Counted from the stretch's first letter, positions 28,124 through 36,319 are shown. The stretch is 52,286 bases of DNA from Acidilobaceae archaeon (GCA_026995555.1 JALWOJ010000162.1:1-52286); one strand, 5' to 3'. A program made the numbers and translations. Notes: generated by a model from the letters alone, not told the origin.

Positions 28124-29377
28124 TCATATGTTTTTATATGATTTTATATAATGCATCATCGGTTCATCCTTCCTTCTCCCCCTTCCTCTGGCTTCATCGT
28201 TCATAGGGGGAGCATTCGGGGAAGACCCAAGGCTTCCCCACATACTCCTTAAACCGCGCAAGTATATGTTCATAGCTCCTATCGTATCCCTATCTGCAAT
28301 TAGACCGCATTTCCTGCACGTTGCCAACCTGTGCTCATAAACCAGCTTTGCTCCACATCTCGGACAAAGAGATGATGTATTCTTTGGGTTCACAAACATT
28401 ATGGGAACGTTGTACTCTATTGCCTTGGCCATTATTGCCGTCTGTAGCTTGCGATATGAAAACCTTGAAAGCCTATCTGCTATGCTGGATGATTTCTTTG
28501 ATGAGTTAAACCACAGCTCGTTAAGGTCTTCAAGGACGATAGAACTTCTCGTTTTCCTAGCTTTGAGAGCAATATATTTGGCGAACTTGCGACTCCAGTC
28601 AATAACTATGTTCCTGCTCCTCCTGTGCAACTTCCTTATCCTGCCCAGTATCCTCCTGTTATACCTCCACATCCTAGGATATCTCTTCTGAATCCTCTCA
28701 GCATGGATCTTTAAGGATAGTGCTTCAATGAACCTAGTGTTCATCCTCCTAATTTTCCTGCCATCATACATAACTACCTTCCTGAGGTTGATGTCAAGGG
28801 AGATGAGCTTCCTAGGTATGTAAGGATCGTATTCCCACCTGAAAGGTATTGATATCCATATCCTTCCGTTTCTGTCAATTGATATCATAACTTCATACCA
28901 CTTCTTGCCAATAAACTTCTTCAGGTATTCATTACGATGCAATAGCTTTATCACAAACTCCCTGTCCCTCAATTTAACAACGACAACCCTGTTCTCTAAA
29001 TCAACCTTTGCATCATATTTGTCTATCCGCGCTGACAGCTTCCTTAGAATAGGTTTCTTTCCATTATTCCTCCTAGAGGACTTAACCAAAGCTAGTGCAT
29101 GCTTGTACATCTGCTTTGCCTGATGTGCCCTAAACCCTTGTCTCCTCAACATCTTATAGAACATCTGATGAACCTGGTTTAGGTTAGGTAGCTTGTCAAA
29201 TTTCCATAGGAAGTCGATTATTTGTTGGGTTGCTCTGCAAACGAGGTAAAGCTCTTCTCTAAGATCGCTAACGGAGCCGTTTGTAAGGATCCCTTGTGCT
29301 TTTAGCGTTAGTAGCTTCTCTCCTCGGGGAACCGCCTTTGCAAGAGCGGTCCTCCCCCTCATCGGAGATCCCACCAC
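28124..29377 (-). CDS. tnpB: TnpB (IS605 OrfB-type RNA-guided endonuclease family)
   Basis: 417 aa. RuvC-like residues in ISLDINLRK, IVLEDLNELW and IADRDTIGAMNI, and the zinc finger CPRCGAKLVYEHRLATCRKCG. Confidence 0.85.
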   Translation of the reverse strand: MVGSPMRGRTALAKAVPRGEKLLTLKAQGILTNGSVSDLREELYLVCRATQQIIDFLWKFDKLPNLNQVHQMFYKMLRRQGFRAHQAKQMYKHALALVKSSRRNNGKKPILRKLSARIDKYDAKVDLENRVVVVKLRDREFVIKLLHRNEYLKKFIGKKWYEVMISIDRNGRIWISIPFRWEYDPYIPRKLISLDINLRKVVMYDGRKIRRMNTRFIEALSLKIHAERIQKRYPRMWRYNRRILGRIRKLHRRSRNIVIDWSRKFAKYIALKARKTRSSIVLEDLNELWFNSSKKSSSIADRLSRFSYRKLQTAIMAKAIEYNVPIMFVNPKNTSSLCPRCGAKLVYEHRLATCRKCGLIADRDTIGAMNIYLRGLRSMWGSLGSSPNAPPMNDEARGRGRRKDEPMMHYIKSYKNI

Positions 29378-29407
29378 ATATATTATTGAATATAAATGTA
29401 TATAAAT

Positions 29408-30073
29408 TTATCGCTTTTCTTTCAACATTTCATTCACACTTGCTGCTAGCGTTTCCTGTAGAAACCTTTTGTTGTGTTCCACAAGCTCCTTCACCTTATG
29501 GCTACGTCTGCCATAGATCTTTCCAGCAAACGAGACTATTATCGATAGAAAGTCCTCTATTAGCTCTTCTAGAGGCTCCCTCTCCTCATGAAGCACCTCC
29601 TCAATCCTCACACCATGTTTTTCGAAGAAGAACTGGAGGTACCCATATCCAAACCTAGTCAGTCTATCACGGTAGGTTATGAGCACAACATCAACTCTCT
29701 TCTCACTAACCATTTTCAGAAGCTTCTTCAGCCCCTTTCGCTCTTCCTTCAGGCCGCTACCGACATCCGCTATGATATCTACTATGACATATCCATTCTC
29801 ATTAGCATATTTCCTTAGAAGTTCTACCTGTCTATCTAGGTCTCCCTGCTCTTTCTGCTTATTAGAGCTCACCCTGGCATAAATGACCGCTCTGACCTTC
29901 TCTGTTAGCCTCTCCTCACCCTTTAACCTCTCTATTTCGCTTCTCGGAATGAGGTAGCGACCGCTGGGACTCCTAATAACCCTAATCCTACCCTCCCTAA
30001 TCCACCTCCATAACGTAATATATGACACTCCTAGCACTCTACAGGCATCTCTAGGGCTGAGAAATTCCTCCAT
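29408..30073 (-). CDS. tnpA: IS607-family transposase TnpA (serine recombinase with N-terminal MerR-like HTH)
   Basis: LSPRDACRVLGVSYITLWRWIREGRI (HTH), then AVIYARVSSNKQKEQGDLDRQ (catalytic Ser). The likely start is MEEFL at 30073. The track ORF extends 36 nt further. Confidence 0.85.
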   Translation of the reverse strand: MEEFLSPRDACRVLGVSYITLWRWIREGRIRVIRSPSGRYLIPRSEIERLKGEERLTEKVRAVIYARVSSNKQKEQGDLDRQVELLRKYANENGYVIVDIIADVGSGLKEERKGLKKLLKMVSEKRVDVVLITYRDRLTRFGYGYLQFFFEKHGVRIEEVLHEEREPLEELIEDFLSIIVSFAGKIYGRRSHKVKELVEHNKRFLQETLAASVNEMLKEKR

Positions 30074-30126
30074 GATTTGCACCATCAGAACATATAAAGA
30101 CATATACAATTATATAAACTTTGCCA

Positions 30127-30288
30127 CGGCACTTTCTGAAGGATCTCTTCCCTATGCTTCTTGATCTCCTCAAGAACATATTTTGGGAGAAGCACTTCCA
30201 GCCCAGGATGAAACAGGATCCTCCTCACACGGCCTTCACGAAGAAGTGCTGCAATAACCTTGTTAGTGTCTACCACGACTTTCAGCAT
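30127..30288 (-). pseudogene. N-terminal fragment of the same PIN-domain toxin gene
   Basis: MLKVVVDTNKVIAALLREGRVRRILFHPGLEVLLPKYVLEEIKKHREEILQKVP carries the first PIN Asp motif. The remaining 13 residues of the track ORF are read from IS sequence. Confidence 0.7.
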
Positions 30289-30979
30289 CCCACTTCTCCC
30301 GCACTCCCCTCTTGATCATTTTATCCAGTCTCTTAATGAATTCTTCATCCAGCCTGGGCTTGCCAGTCTTATTGTAAACCTCATTTAAGTAAGCAACGAG
30401 CAGATTAGTTCCCATCCTACCTAAAAATGTAACGTACCAAAACCCTGTTTTCTTTTGCTTTAACATTATCCTCAACGGTATTTTTGATGCTTTGTAAACG
30501 CCATCCTCAAAAACTATTTCATCCTTTATATTTAAAAACTTAAGATTAACAATATCAGACTGCCTCATGCCACTAAAAGCCATTAACGATATAGCCACCT
30601 TCATTGGCAGAGGAGCTCTGTTTATCAGGACCTTTACCTCATCTGGCTTTGGAATGTAGTCAAAAACTTGCGGGACAGGTTTCTCAAGCTTAACTTTTAC
30701 CTCAACCCTGTTCATTTTAAGGAAAGATTTTATAGCCGCAAGGTAGACGTTTATTGACTTAGGTGCTAGTCCCTCGCTCTTAAGTTTGTATTTAAAGTCC
30801 TCAAGCATCTCCTCAACTTTAGCAGGGTCGCTTTTAGCTAAACTTACTATTTCGTCAACGCTTATATTTGTAAATTTCAAAAACCTGTTTATTGAAGCTC
30901 TGTAGGTAATTAAGCTACCTTTACCCTCATACCTCCTCAAAAACCTGTCAACTAACGATTGGTTTGACATGTTTCTCAC
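30263..30979 (-). pseudogene. truncated tyrosine recombinase/integrase (N-terminal SAM-like domain plus first part of catalytic domain)
   Basis: 238 aa. Core-binding-like N-terminus (YRASINRFLKF...INVYLAAIKSFLKMN), box I Arg (MAFSGMRQSDIVNLKF) and KQKKTGFWYVTF. No H-x-x-R or catalytic Tyr follows before the stop. Confidence 0.6.
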
Positions 30980-31084
30980 CGTCGTTTTTACGATATTGTT
31001 GTATCCCTCTCGCTCTTAATAAATTTTTAATATATGAGAATTTTAAATTTTAAATACTTTTAAATAGTAATTAATTGAAGCAGA

Positions 31085-31255
31085 TGATCCGCATTGCGGT
31101 GAAGCATACTATTCCCCAGATGGGAGGGCTATGGCGTTGGGCTCGACTGAGCCCCATGAGGTACGGGTGAAGCTAATGAACCCATACCGAGGGCTAAACC
31201 CCCCTCACGGAATTAAAAGTATTGAAAACTAACTAAAAGTACCGTGAGAGGGGAA
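31085..31255. other. GC-rich structured intergenic element (candidate ncRNA or protein-binding repeat region)
   Basis: Hairpins GGGCTC-GACT-GAGCCC (31139-31154) and GTACGGGT..ACCCATAC (31161-31187), and an 11/12 inverted repeat CCCCCCTCACGG (31199-31210) / CCGTGAGAGGGG (31242-31253). The octamers GGTGAAGC and GAGGGCTA each occur twice in the same order (31098/31124 and 31166/31189). Confidence 0.3.
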
Positions 31256-31301
31256 ACGCTAATTGCTCTAACATACATAATATTCGGATGGTGGCTAAGA
31301 G

Positions 31302-31499
31302 TTGTCTAAGGTCGTAAGAGTAAGGTATGAGAGGGGCGTGTTAAAGCTGTTGGAACCAGTAGAGCTTAAGGAAGGTGAGGAGGTAAGGATAAGGATTGAG
31401 AAGGGGCTGAGGGAAAGGCTGAAGGATATCATCGGTGTTCTTGGTGAGTCTAGTGAGGAAGAATTAGAGAGGTATCTAGAGGAGGCTTGGCAGTCGTGA
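31302..31499 (+). CDS. vapB: AF2212/DUF104-type antitoxin
   Basis: 65 aa. VVRVRYERGVLKLLEPVELKEGEEVRIRIEK is the characteristic swapped-hairpin motif of this antitoxin family. TTG start. Confidence 0.7.
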   Translation: MSKVVRVRYERGVLKLLEPVELKEGEEVRIRIEKGLRERLKDIIGVLGESSEEELERYLEEAWQS

Positions 31500-31939
31500 T
31501 TTTCCTTGATACTAACATACTATATCACATTCTCCACAAGACGCCCAGAACAGAAGAAACATTAACCATACTAGACGAGAACCCTGGTGACTACGTCGTT
31601 GACATGGTAGTTCACAATGAGATAATGTATGCGTCAACAATTCACTATTTAGAGCGCAGGCGCGGAGTAAAGGGAGCTTACTCGGCCAGAAAGTGGATAA
31701 AGAAACACGGATATCCAGAGGAGGTAATTAATGCTGTTAGAGAACTAATTAAAAGACTAAACATTAGGTTAATACCAAGCATATACACTGAACAAGAACT
31801 TTACGAGGTATTAACAGAATTTAGACTGCTGCCAAGCGACGCTATAATCGCGTTAACCTGTAAGCATCACGGCATAGATACTATTCTCACCCTTGATGAG
31901 GACTTTAAGAGAGTTCCTTGGCTTAAGGTTATACCTTAG
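31487..31939 (+). CDS. vapC: PIN-domain toxin VapC
   Basis: VIFLDTNILYHIL and SDAIIALTCKHHGIDTILTLDEDFKRV. An alternative GTG start at 31496 gives a GTGA overlap with the antitoxin stop. Confidence 0.8.
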   Translation: MAVVIFLDTNILYHILHKTPRTEETLTILDENPGDYVVDMVVHNEIMYASTIHYLERRRGVKGAYSARKWIKKHGYPEEVINAVRELIKRLNIRLIPSIYTEQELYEVLTEFRLLPSDAIIALTCKHHGIDTILTLDEDFKRVPWLKVIP

Positions 31940-31953
31940 AGGTCTTAGCGGGT

Positions 31954-32337
31954 TTGGATGCCTCCTTAGGCACGTGGTTATACCTCGTGATTATCTGGGC
32001 TGAGGAAAACCCTGAATTCTTTAAATTCCTTAAGCGCTGGTATGAGGATTATGAGCTAAGGCAGGGAAAGCCAGGAATTACATTTATTGATGAAGGGGAC
32101 TTCCTATATGTAAGGAAGAGTTTTCTAAGTCAAGAAGAAGAGCACATACTTGAAGACGAATTACGCAGAATTTACCTCTTTAGTATAAGAAGAGCAAAAT
32201 CTTTAAGAGAGTTTTGTATAGGATTTCATCATCTAAATTGTAATCATATAAAAGACCAGCTAGAGTATCTCTGCGAAGAAGGACTTATGTTCAAATATCA
32301 TGATAGGTATTTTAGTCTTGCTGTTCCACTAAGATAG
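31954..32337 (+). CDS. hypothetical protein (possible C-terminal winged-helix)
   Basis: 127-aa ORF with no recognised motif. The C-terminal IKDQLEYLCEEGLMFKYHDRYFSL is wing-like. Confidence 0.35.
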   Translation: MDASLGTWLYLVIIWAEENPEFFKFLKRWYEDYELRQGKPGITFIDEGDFLYVRKSFLSQEEEHILEDELRRIYLFSIRRAKSLREFCIGFHHLNCNHIKDQLEYLCEEGLMFKYHDRYFSLAVPLR

Positions 32338-32345
32338 GCTTAATT

Positions 32346-33566
32346 TTAAAATGTAGTATCGGACTGTTCAATCTTAGTAAGCAGAGTTTTGATAATAGGT
32401 ATTACCAGTATTATTGGGATAGCAGCTATTAGATATATAAGATTATAATTCTTGGATAAGATGAGCACTCCTATAATAATACTCATCACTGCTTGTACTA
32501 TATTATTTGTTGCAGACATCAGCGATAAAATTGAAGTCCTCGCATCAGATGGTATAACAATATTATAGAGTGTCCTCATTAATGGACCATATATACCAGC
32601 GAGAAATTCTATGGCAAGTATTGAAGCTATAGCAATTTTTACTTGAAGAGTACCCAGAATACTAAGAATGATATAGGAAATTGAGGTAACGCCTAGCGGA
32701 AATAGTAACACATTTCCCATTCCATATCTTGACAAGAAGGCTGCTGCAAAAGCACCAAGACTGGCAAACACCATCATTAAGGACCATATTAAACCGTAGA
32801 GGCTTTCTTGTATTTTGAATAGGTCCTTAAGTAATGGCTGCCAGCTCATTACCAAAACCCAGAACGCTGCTGAAAGGTTAGCCGAAGACATTAAGCTTAG
32901 TAAAATTTCCTTCTTTAATGCATAGTTCTTGAGAATTTCAATCATTACCTTGGGAGAAATTTTCTGTATCTTACCGTAATTCTCCTCACCTATTAACGTA
33001 ACTATTAGGGAGAGAATCATCATTAGTAGGCCCGACGCAAATACAGGCAGCCAGTAACCTTCAATAGCTATGAAAGCTGCAATAAAGCCTGCAAATACCC
33101 TAGCTATAGTGCTAAAACCTCTAGCAAGGCTAAATGTTAAGGATAGGTCCTCTTTAAGGTTCTTTGAGTACCTCTTAATGCCATCAACTACCCAGGCTTG
33201 AAGACTACCACTCATTAATGATACGCCAATACCGGAGACTATAGATGCCGCTATAACCCATAAAATCTCTCTTGAAGTCGATAGTATCACTAATGATACA
33301 CCTTCAAGTGCAAGGCCAAGACTATAAGACCTCTTACGTCCTAGGGCATCAGCTATGACACCAGTAGGATAGTCTATGAAGGTAACACATAGCTTGTTTA
33401 TTAATAGAGCTAACCCTAAACCATAGGCACCCACATTGTTATAGACTGTAATGAATAGATAAGCACCTGAAACGCTGTCTACGAAGCTTACTAGCGATAA
33501 AAATAAAACATAAAGTCTAGCTGAAGTGGGAAGCCTCCTAAGCTTAAGTGGAAAGCCCTTCACCAC
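32346..33566 (-). CDS. MFS transporter
   Basis: 406 aa, about 12 TM segments, with the loop motif GVIADALGRKRS (MFS D-R/K-x-G-R-R/K signature). Visibly more AT-rich than its neighbours. Confidence 0.8.
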   Translation of the reverse strand: MVKGFPLKLRRLPTSARLYVLFLSLVSFVDSVSGAYLFITVYNNVGAYGLGLALLINKLCVTFIDYPTGVIADALGRKRSYSLGLALEGVSLVILSTSREILWVIAASIVSGIGVSLMSGSLQAWVVDGIKRYSKNLKEDLSLTFSLARGFSTIARVFAGFIAAFIAIEGYWLPVFASGLLMMILSLIVTLIGEENYGKIQKISPKVMIEILKNYALKKEILLSLMSSANLSAAFWVLVMSWQPLLKDLFKIQESLYGLIWSLMMVFASLGAFAAAFLSRYGMGNVLLFPLGVTSISYIILSILGTLQVKIAIASILAIEFLAGIYGPLMRTLYNIVIPSDARTSILSLMSATNNIVQAVMSIIIGVLILSKNYNLIYLIAAIPIILVIPIIKTLLTKIEQSDTTF

Positions 33567-33779
33567 AAGGTATGCACCCTTAAGTCAAAATACTTCTAGA
33601 GTAGTTGAAAAGTAGTATCTCTTTGCTTTTTATCAGCATCAGCTGACGGCTGTAAAGACCCTCTTCATATTGTGAAAGACTTATAGATTCCTTACCAAGG
33701 TTTTTGGTGGTGTCTACGCCTCTAATCGTAAACTCTAGCGATAGTGGTGAATGCACAGGGCTTTGAATATTAGTACTAT

Positions 33780-34470
33780 ATTTAGTCTGTAGAGATTTTA
33801 TGCTACGACAAAAACGTTGAACCTCCTGATCTCATTGTCGTGGATAGAGACAATATCGTATTTAGAGGGCATCGAAGAATGCGCGAAGGATGGTGATCGC
33901 GCAGAGAATGTTCATAGAAGCTTTGGACAAGCACTAAGGCTAGCCTTGAGAAAAGATACGTGTTTGTAATAGATATCGAGAGAATATCTGATGAATTGAA
34001 AAGATTTCGCAGCTCATTAATACAGCTTAGCATTCGTTAGGTACATCCTCAAGACAACAATCTCTATAGTTAATCTGCGTAGCTTATGGAGATAGGCTGG
34101 ATTGTATGTTGCTTTTGAAGGATCAGAGAAAGAAGTTAGATTAAAATGTTTGAATGTTTTAGACTAAACGAGCTCTGTTCTCTATCCTTCGACTATTTCT
34201 GAAAAACATCTTTCAGCATCGTTTTGCAGAGTTCCTTAAGCTCATCCGCGACATGCTCATGTCTAGCTGTTTAAATGAGCGTGAACGCCAGCTCCGGCAT
34301 AATTATTACATCAACGCGGCATCGAGAGCGTACAGCTTCGCAACGATATTGTCTTTAGCTCTCTCTCCCTGCGCTCTTTGGGTCGTAATTCCCTAGCCTC
34401 GTGAGCCACTTCGTCTTGAACTCGTAAAGCTTATCGTTTTCAAATCTAATCGGGTCTGTACTGAACATTC
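33780..34470. pseudogene. decayed gene remnants (frame-broken fragments on both strands)
   Basis: Own translation. Plus-strand fragments are PDLIVVDRDNIVFRG / DRAENVHRSFGQALRLALRKD / DIERISDELKRFRSSLIQLSIR. Minus-strand fragments are ENDKLYEFKTKWLTRLGNYDPKS / DNIVAKLYALDAALM / HEHVADELKELCKTMLKDVFQK. All are broken by stops or frame changes, and almost 1 kb has no long ORF. Confidence 0.3.
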
Positions 34471-34547
34471 CACTTTGCATAGAGGATCTATAGATATATA
34501 AATTAGCAAAAATACCCAGCAATGGAATCTAGTAATTAAAACGTGTT

Positions 34548-34823
34548 CTAAATAACAATGTTCTCAAGTAGAAACCCGTTGTAAACTACAGCTTTATTTG
34601 TATCGGCTTTTATGAATTCTCTAGCAAAATTTACTAGCCCTTCTGTATAGCACGTCAGCAAAATAATAGTTTTGCCATCGAGCCTATGAGAGCACCTAAG
34701 GATACTAAGTGTAACAGCAATGACTTCACACCTATTAGCGGAGCCCCTAGCAGTAAAGAATACCGTGAATGAGTGGGTTAAGAGGGAAGAACGCCGAGCT
34801 GTTAGTATTGCTCCAGCACTCAT
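34548..34823 (-). CDS. hypothetical protein, possibly the frame-shifted body of the upstream pilin-like ORF
   Basis: 91 aa. Its ATG overlaps the stop of the 53-aa ORF (ATGA at 34820-34823). Confidence 0.4.
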   Translation of the reverse strand: MSAGAILTARRSSLLTHSFTVFFTARGSANRCEVIAVTLSILRCSHRLDGKTIILLTCYTEGLVNFAREFIKADTNKAVVYNGFLLENIVI

Positions 34824-34981
34824 CCTCTACTACCCTCTACTACTAGGCTTCCTTCTGGCGCCGTAGCTGAGCTTGTCTTTGCCCCTATCCAGCCGTGGAA
34901 GTAGGTGTAGAGGGCTACTCCAAGCGCTATGGTCACTATCACCATCAGTACTACAGCTACCAGATACGATACTCCCCTCAT
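34820..34981 (-). CDS. small class-III-signal-peptide (type IV pilin-like, DUF1628-like) protein, 53 aa
   Basis: Own translation (below the 60-aa track cutoff): MRGVSYLVAVVLMVIVTIALGVALYTYFHGWIGAKTSSATAPEGSLVVEGSRG. R-G|V-S followed by a hydrophobic helix is the archaeal prepilin pattern. Confidence 0.5.
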   Translation of the reverse strand: MRGVSYLVAVVLMVIVTIALGVALYTYFHGWIGAKTSSATAPEGSLVVEGSRG

Positions 34982-35040
34982 TCCACCACCCACAGGAAAA
35001 GATAAAATCCATATATAAATATCAGCAAAAGAGATATCAA

Positions 35041-35226
35041 TCAGAATCGCCAGGAATAGAAAATCCAGGCAGACGCCGCGAAAAGAAGCGGGAGCACAAG
35101 ATAATAGAATAGAGAAGCAAGCAGCTCCCTAGAGATATCTCTAGCAATAAGAACGAGCAGGAGCAAGCTAGCAAGCAGGATAGCCAGCATCCGCAGATCA
35201 AGCCACCTCCTATAGATTATCATCAT
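35041..35226 (-). CDS. small two-TM membrane protein
   Basis: MMIIYRRWLDLRMLAILLASLLLLVLIARDISRELLASLFYYLVLPLLFAASAWIFYSWRF. The Met at 35226 lies 1 nt after the upstream stop. The N-terminal 22 codons of the track ORF overlap the upstream gene. Confidence 0.4.
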   Translation of the reverse strand: MMIIYRRWLDLRMLAILLASLLLLVLIARDISRELLASLFYYLVLPLLFAASAWIFYSWRF

Positions 35227-35227
35227 C

Positions 35228-35587
35228 TCACCCACGCCACTTGCTGAAATAGCTATACTCCTCGATCTCGCGGCGGATATGCTGCCGCCCAAGCACCGTG
35301 CCTATATAGAATCTTCTATTCCTGAGGGGCTCAGGGGCCTCATCCCTCCACTCAATCTCATAAGAGGCGACCAGCTCCCTGGAATAGAGATTCCACAGCA
35401 TCAGCTCTATTTTGCCGCCCACCCGCTTCAGCTGAATCCGGTAGAGCTCATCTACTTCTTCGAGAAGCCCCAGCTCCTTAAGCCCATATGATATACTCCG
35501 AGCCCACGGCCACGAATAAGGCCCTCTATTGAATATCCTATGGATAATCTTGCTACTCTCTTCATGCCCATCTACATGATAAATCAT
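35228..35587 (-). CDS. hypothetical protein
   Basis: 119-aa ORF in the same-strand cassette. No recognised motif. Confidence 0.45.
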   Translation of the reverse strand: MIYHVDGHEESSKIIHRIFNRGPYSWPWARSISYGLKELGLLEEVDELYRIQLKRVGGKIELMLWNLYSRELVASYEIEWRDEAPEPLRNRRFYIGTVLGRQHIRREIEEYSYFSKWRG

Positions 35588-35648
35588 TATCCCAGGAGAG
35601 AAGCCAAGCTTCTTCAGGAGCTCAGATATCTCCCTGCTCCTTACAGCT

Positions 35649-36290
35649 CTAAACCCCCTTCACCTTGGGGGAATAATAAATAAAGATATCCTGATGCCAC
35701 AGCCACAGGATCTCATTCTCTCGAAGGGGGAGAAGAGTATGAGCAATTAAATCGAGAGCTACATCTCTCTTACCTCTTTTTACCAACTTCTTACTCTCTT
35801 CAACAACCCTCTCCACATAATATTTCAGGCCAGGAGATATCTTCAGCGATCTACTGTTAATCCGCATATGCCTTATCGACGCGCCAATTCTTCCAGCACG
35901 GCTCCTCTCCCTATCGAAAAGGTCCTCAACATCCCTAGGATCCACTAACGCTATATACTTACCACCATCATGCTTCACTAACCCCTTCCGCTTCAGCTGA
36001 GCAATCTGCTTCCTAACAGTACCCTGAGAGACGAGTTTCCCGGAGAGAATCCTGTATACTTTATATATCTCTTCTAGGCTACTACCCTGTAGATAGAGGT
36101 ACCATAATAATGCGTACTGTATAGAATAGCTATCAGCTATCCTCTTCAGTCGCCGCAGCAGCTCCCTCTCTATCTTCCTCCTGACATCCTCGCCCAGAGC
36201 ACCTACATTGACACTCTCATACCAGCTGCCATCAGCATTGAATTCAGGTGTAAATTCCCGCCCGGAATCACTCCCGGGAACCATGATCAT
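35649..36290 (-). CDS. winged-helix DNA-binding protein (mobile-element-type regulator)
   Basis: 213 aa. wHTH pattern LEEIYKVYRILSGKLVSQGTVRKQIAQLKRKGLVKHDGGKYIAL. First gene after the tRNA-Arg 3' end. Confidence 0.55.
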   Translation of the reverse strand: MIMVPGSDSGREFTPEFNADGSWYESVNVGALGEDVRRKIERELLRRLKRIADSYSIQYALLWYLYLQGSSLEEIYKVYRILSGKLVSQGTVRKQIAQLKRKGLVKHDGGKYIALVDPRDVEDLFDRERSRAGRIGASIRHMRINSRSLKISPGLKYYVERVVEESKKLVKRGKRDVALDLIAHTLLPLRENEILWLWHQDIFIYYSPKVKGV

Positions 36291-36319
36291 CAGTTAAAAG
36301 GAGCCCATATAGGGGGTAT

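Larger units (their letters stand above)
28120..30126 (-). mobile_element. IS607-family insertion sequence (tnpA serine recombinase plus tnpB), about 2.0 kb
   Basis: A MerR-HTH/serine-recombinase TnpA and an OrfB/TnpB lie in tandem, flanked by the two halves of one PIN gene. Boundaries are inferred from the in-frame reconstruction ..EEILQKVP|VNPEEALDLL.. and are uncertain by a few nt. AT-rich TATATAA-containing subterminal sequences occur at both ends. Confidence 0.75.

Noticed and set aside
34830-35112. Track ORFs 34830..35012 (minus) and 34873..35112 (plus)
   Set aside because: Both are low-complexity with no motif. A third frame on the minus strand gives a much more protein-like 53-aa prepilin-type ORF (34820..34981) that is start/stop-coupled to the next gene.
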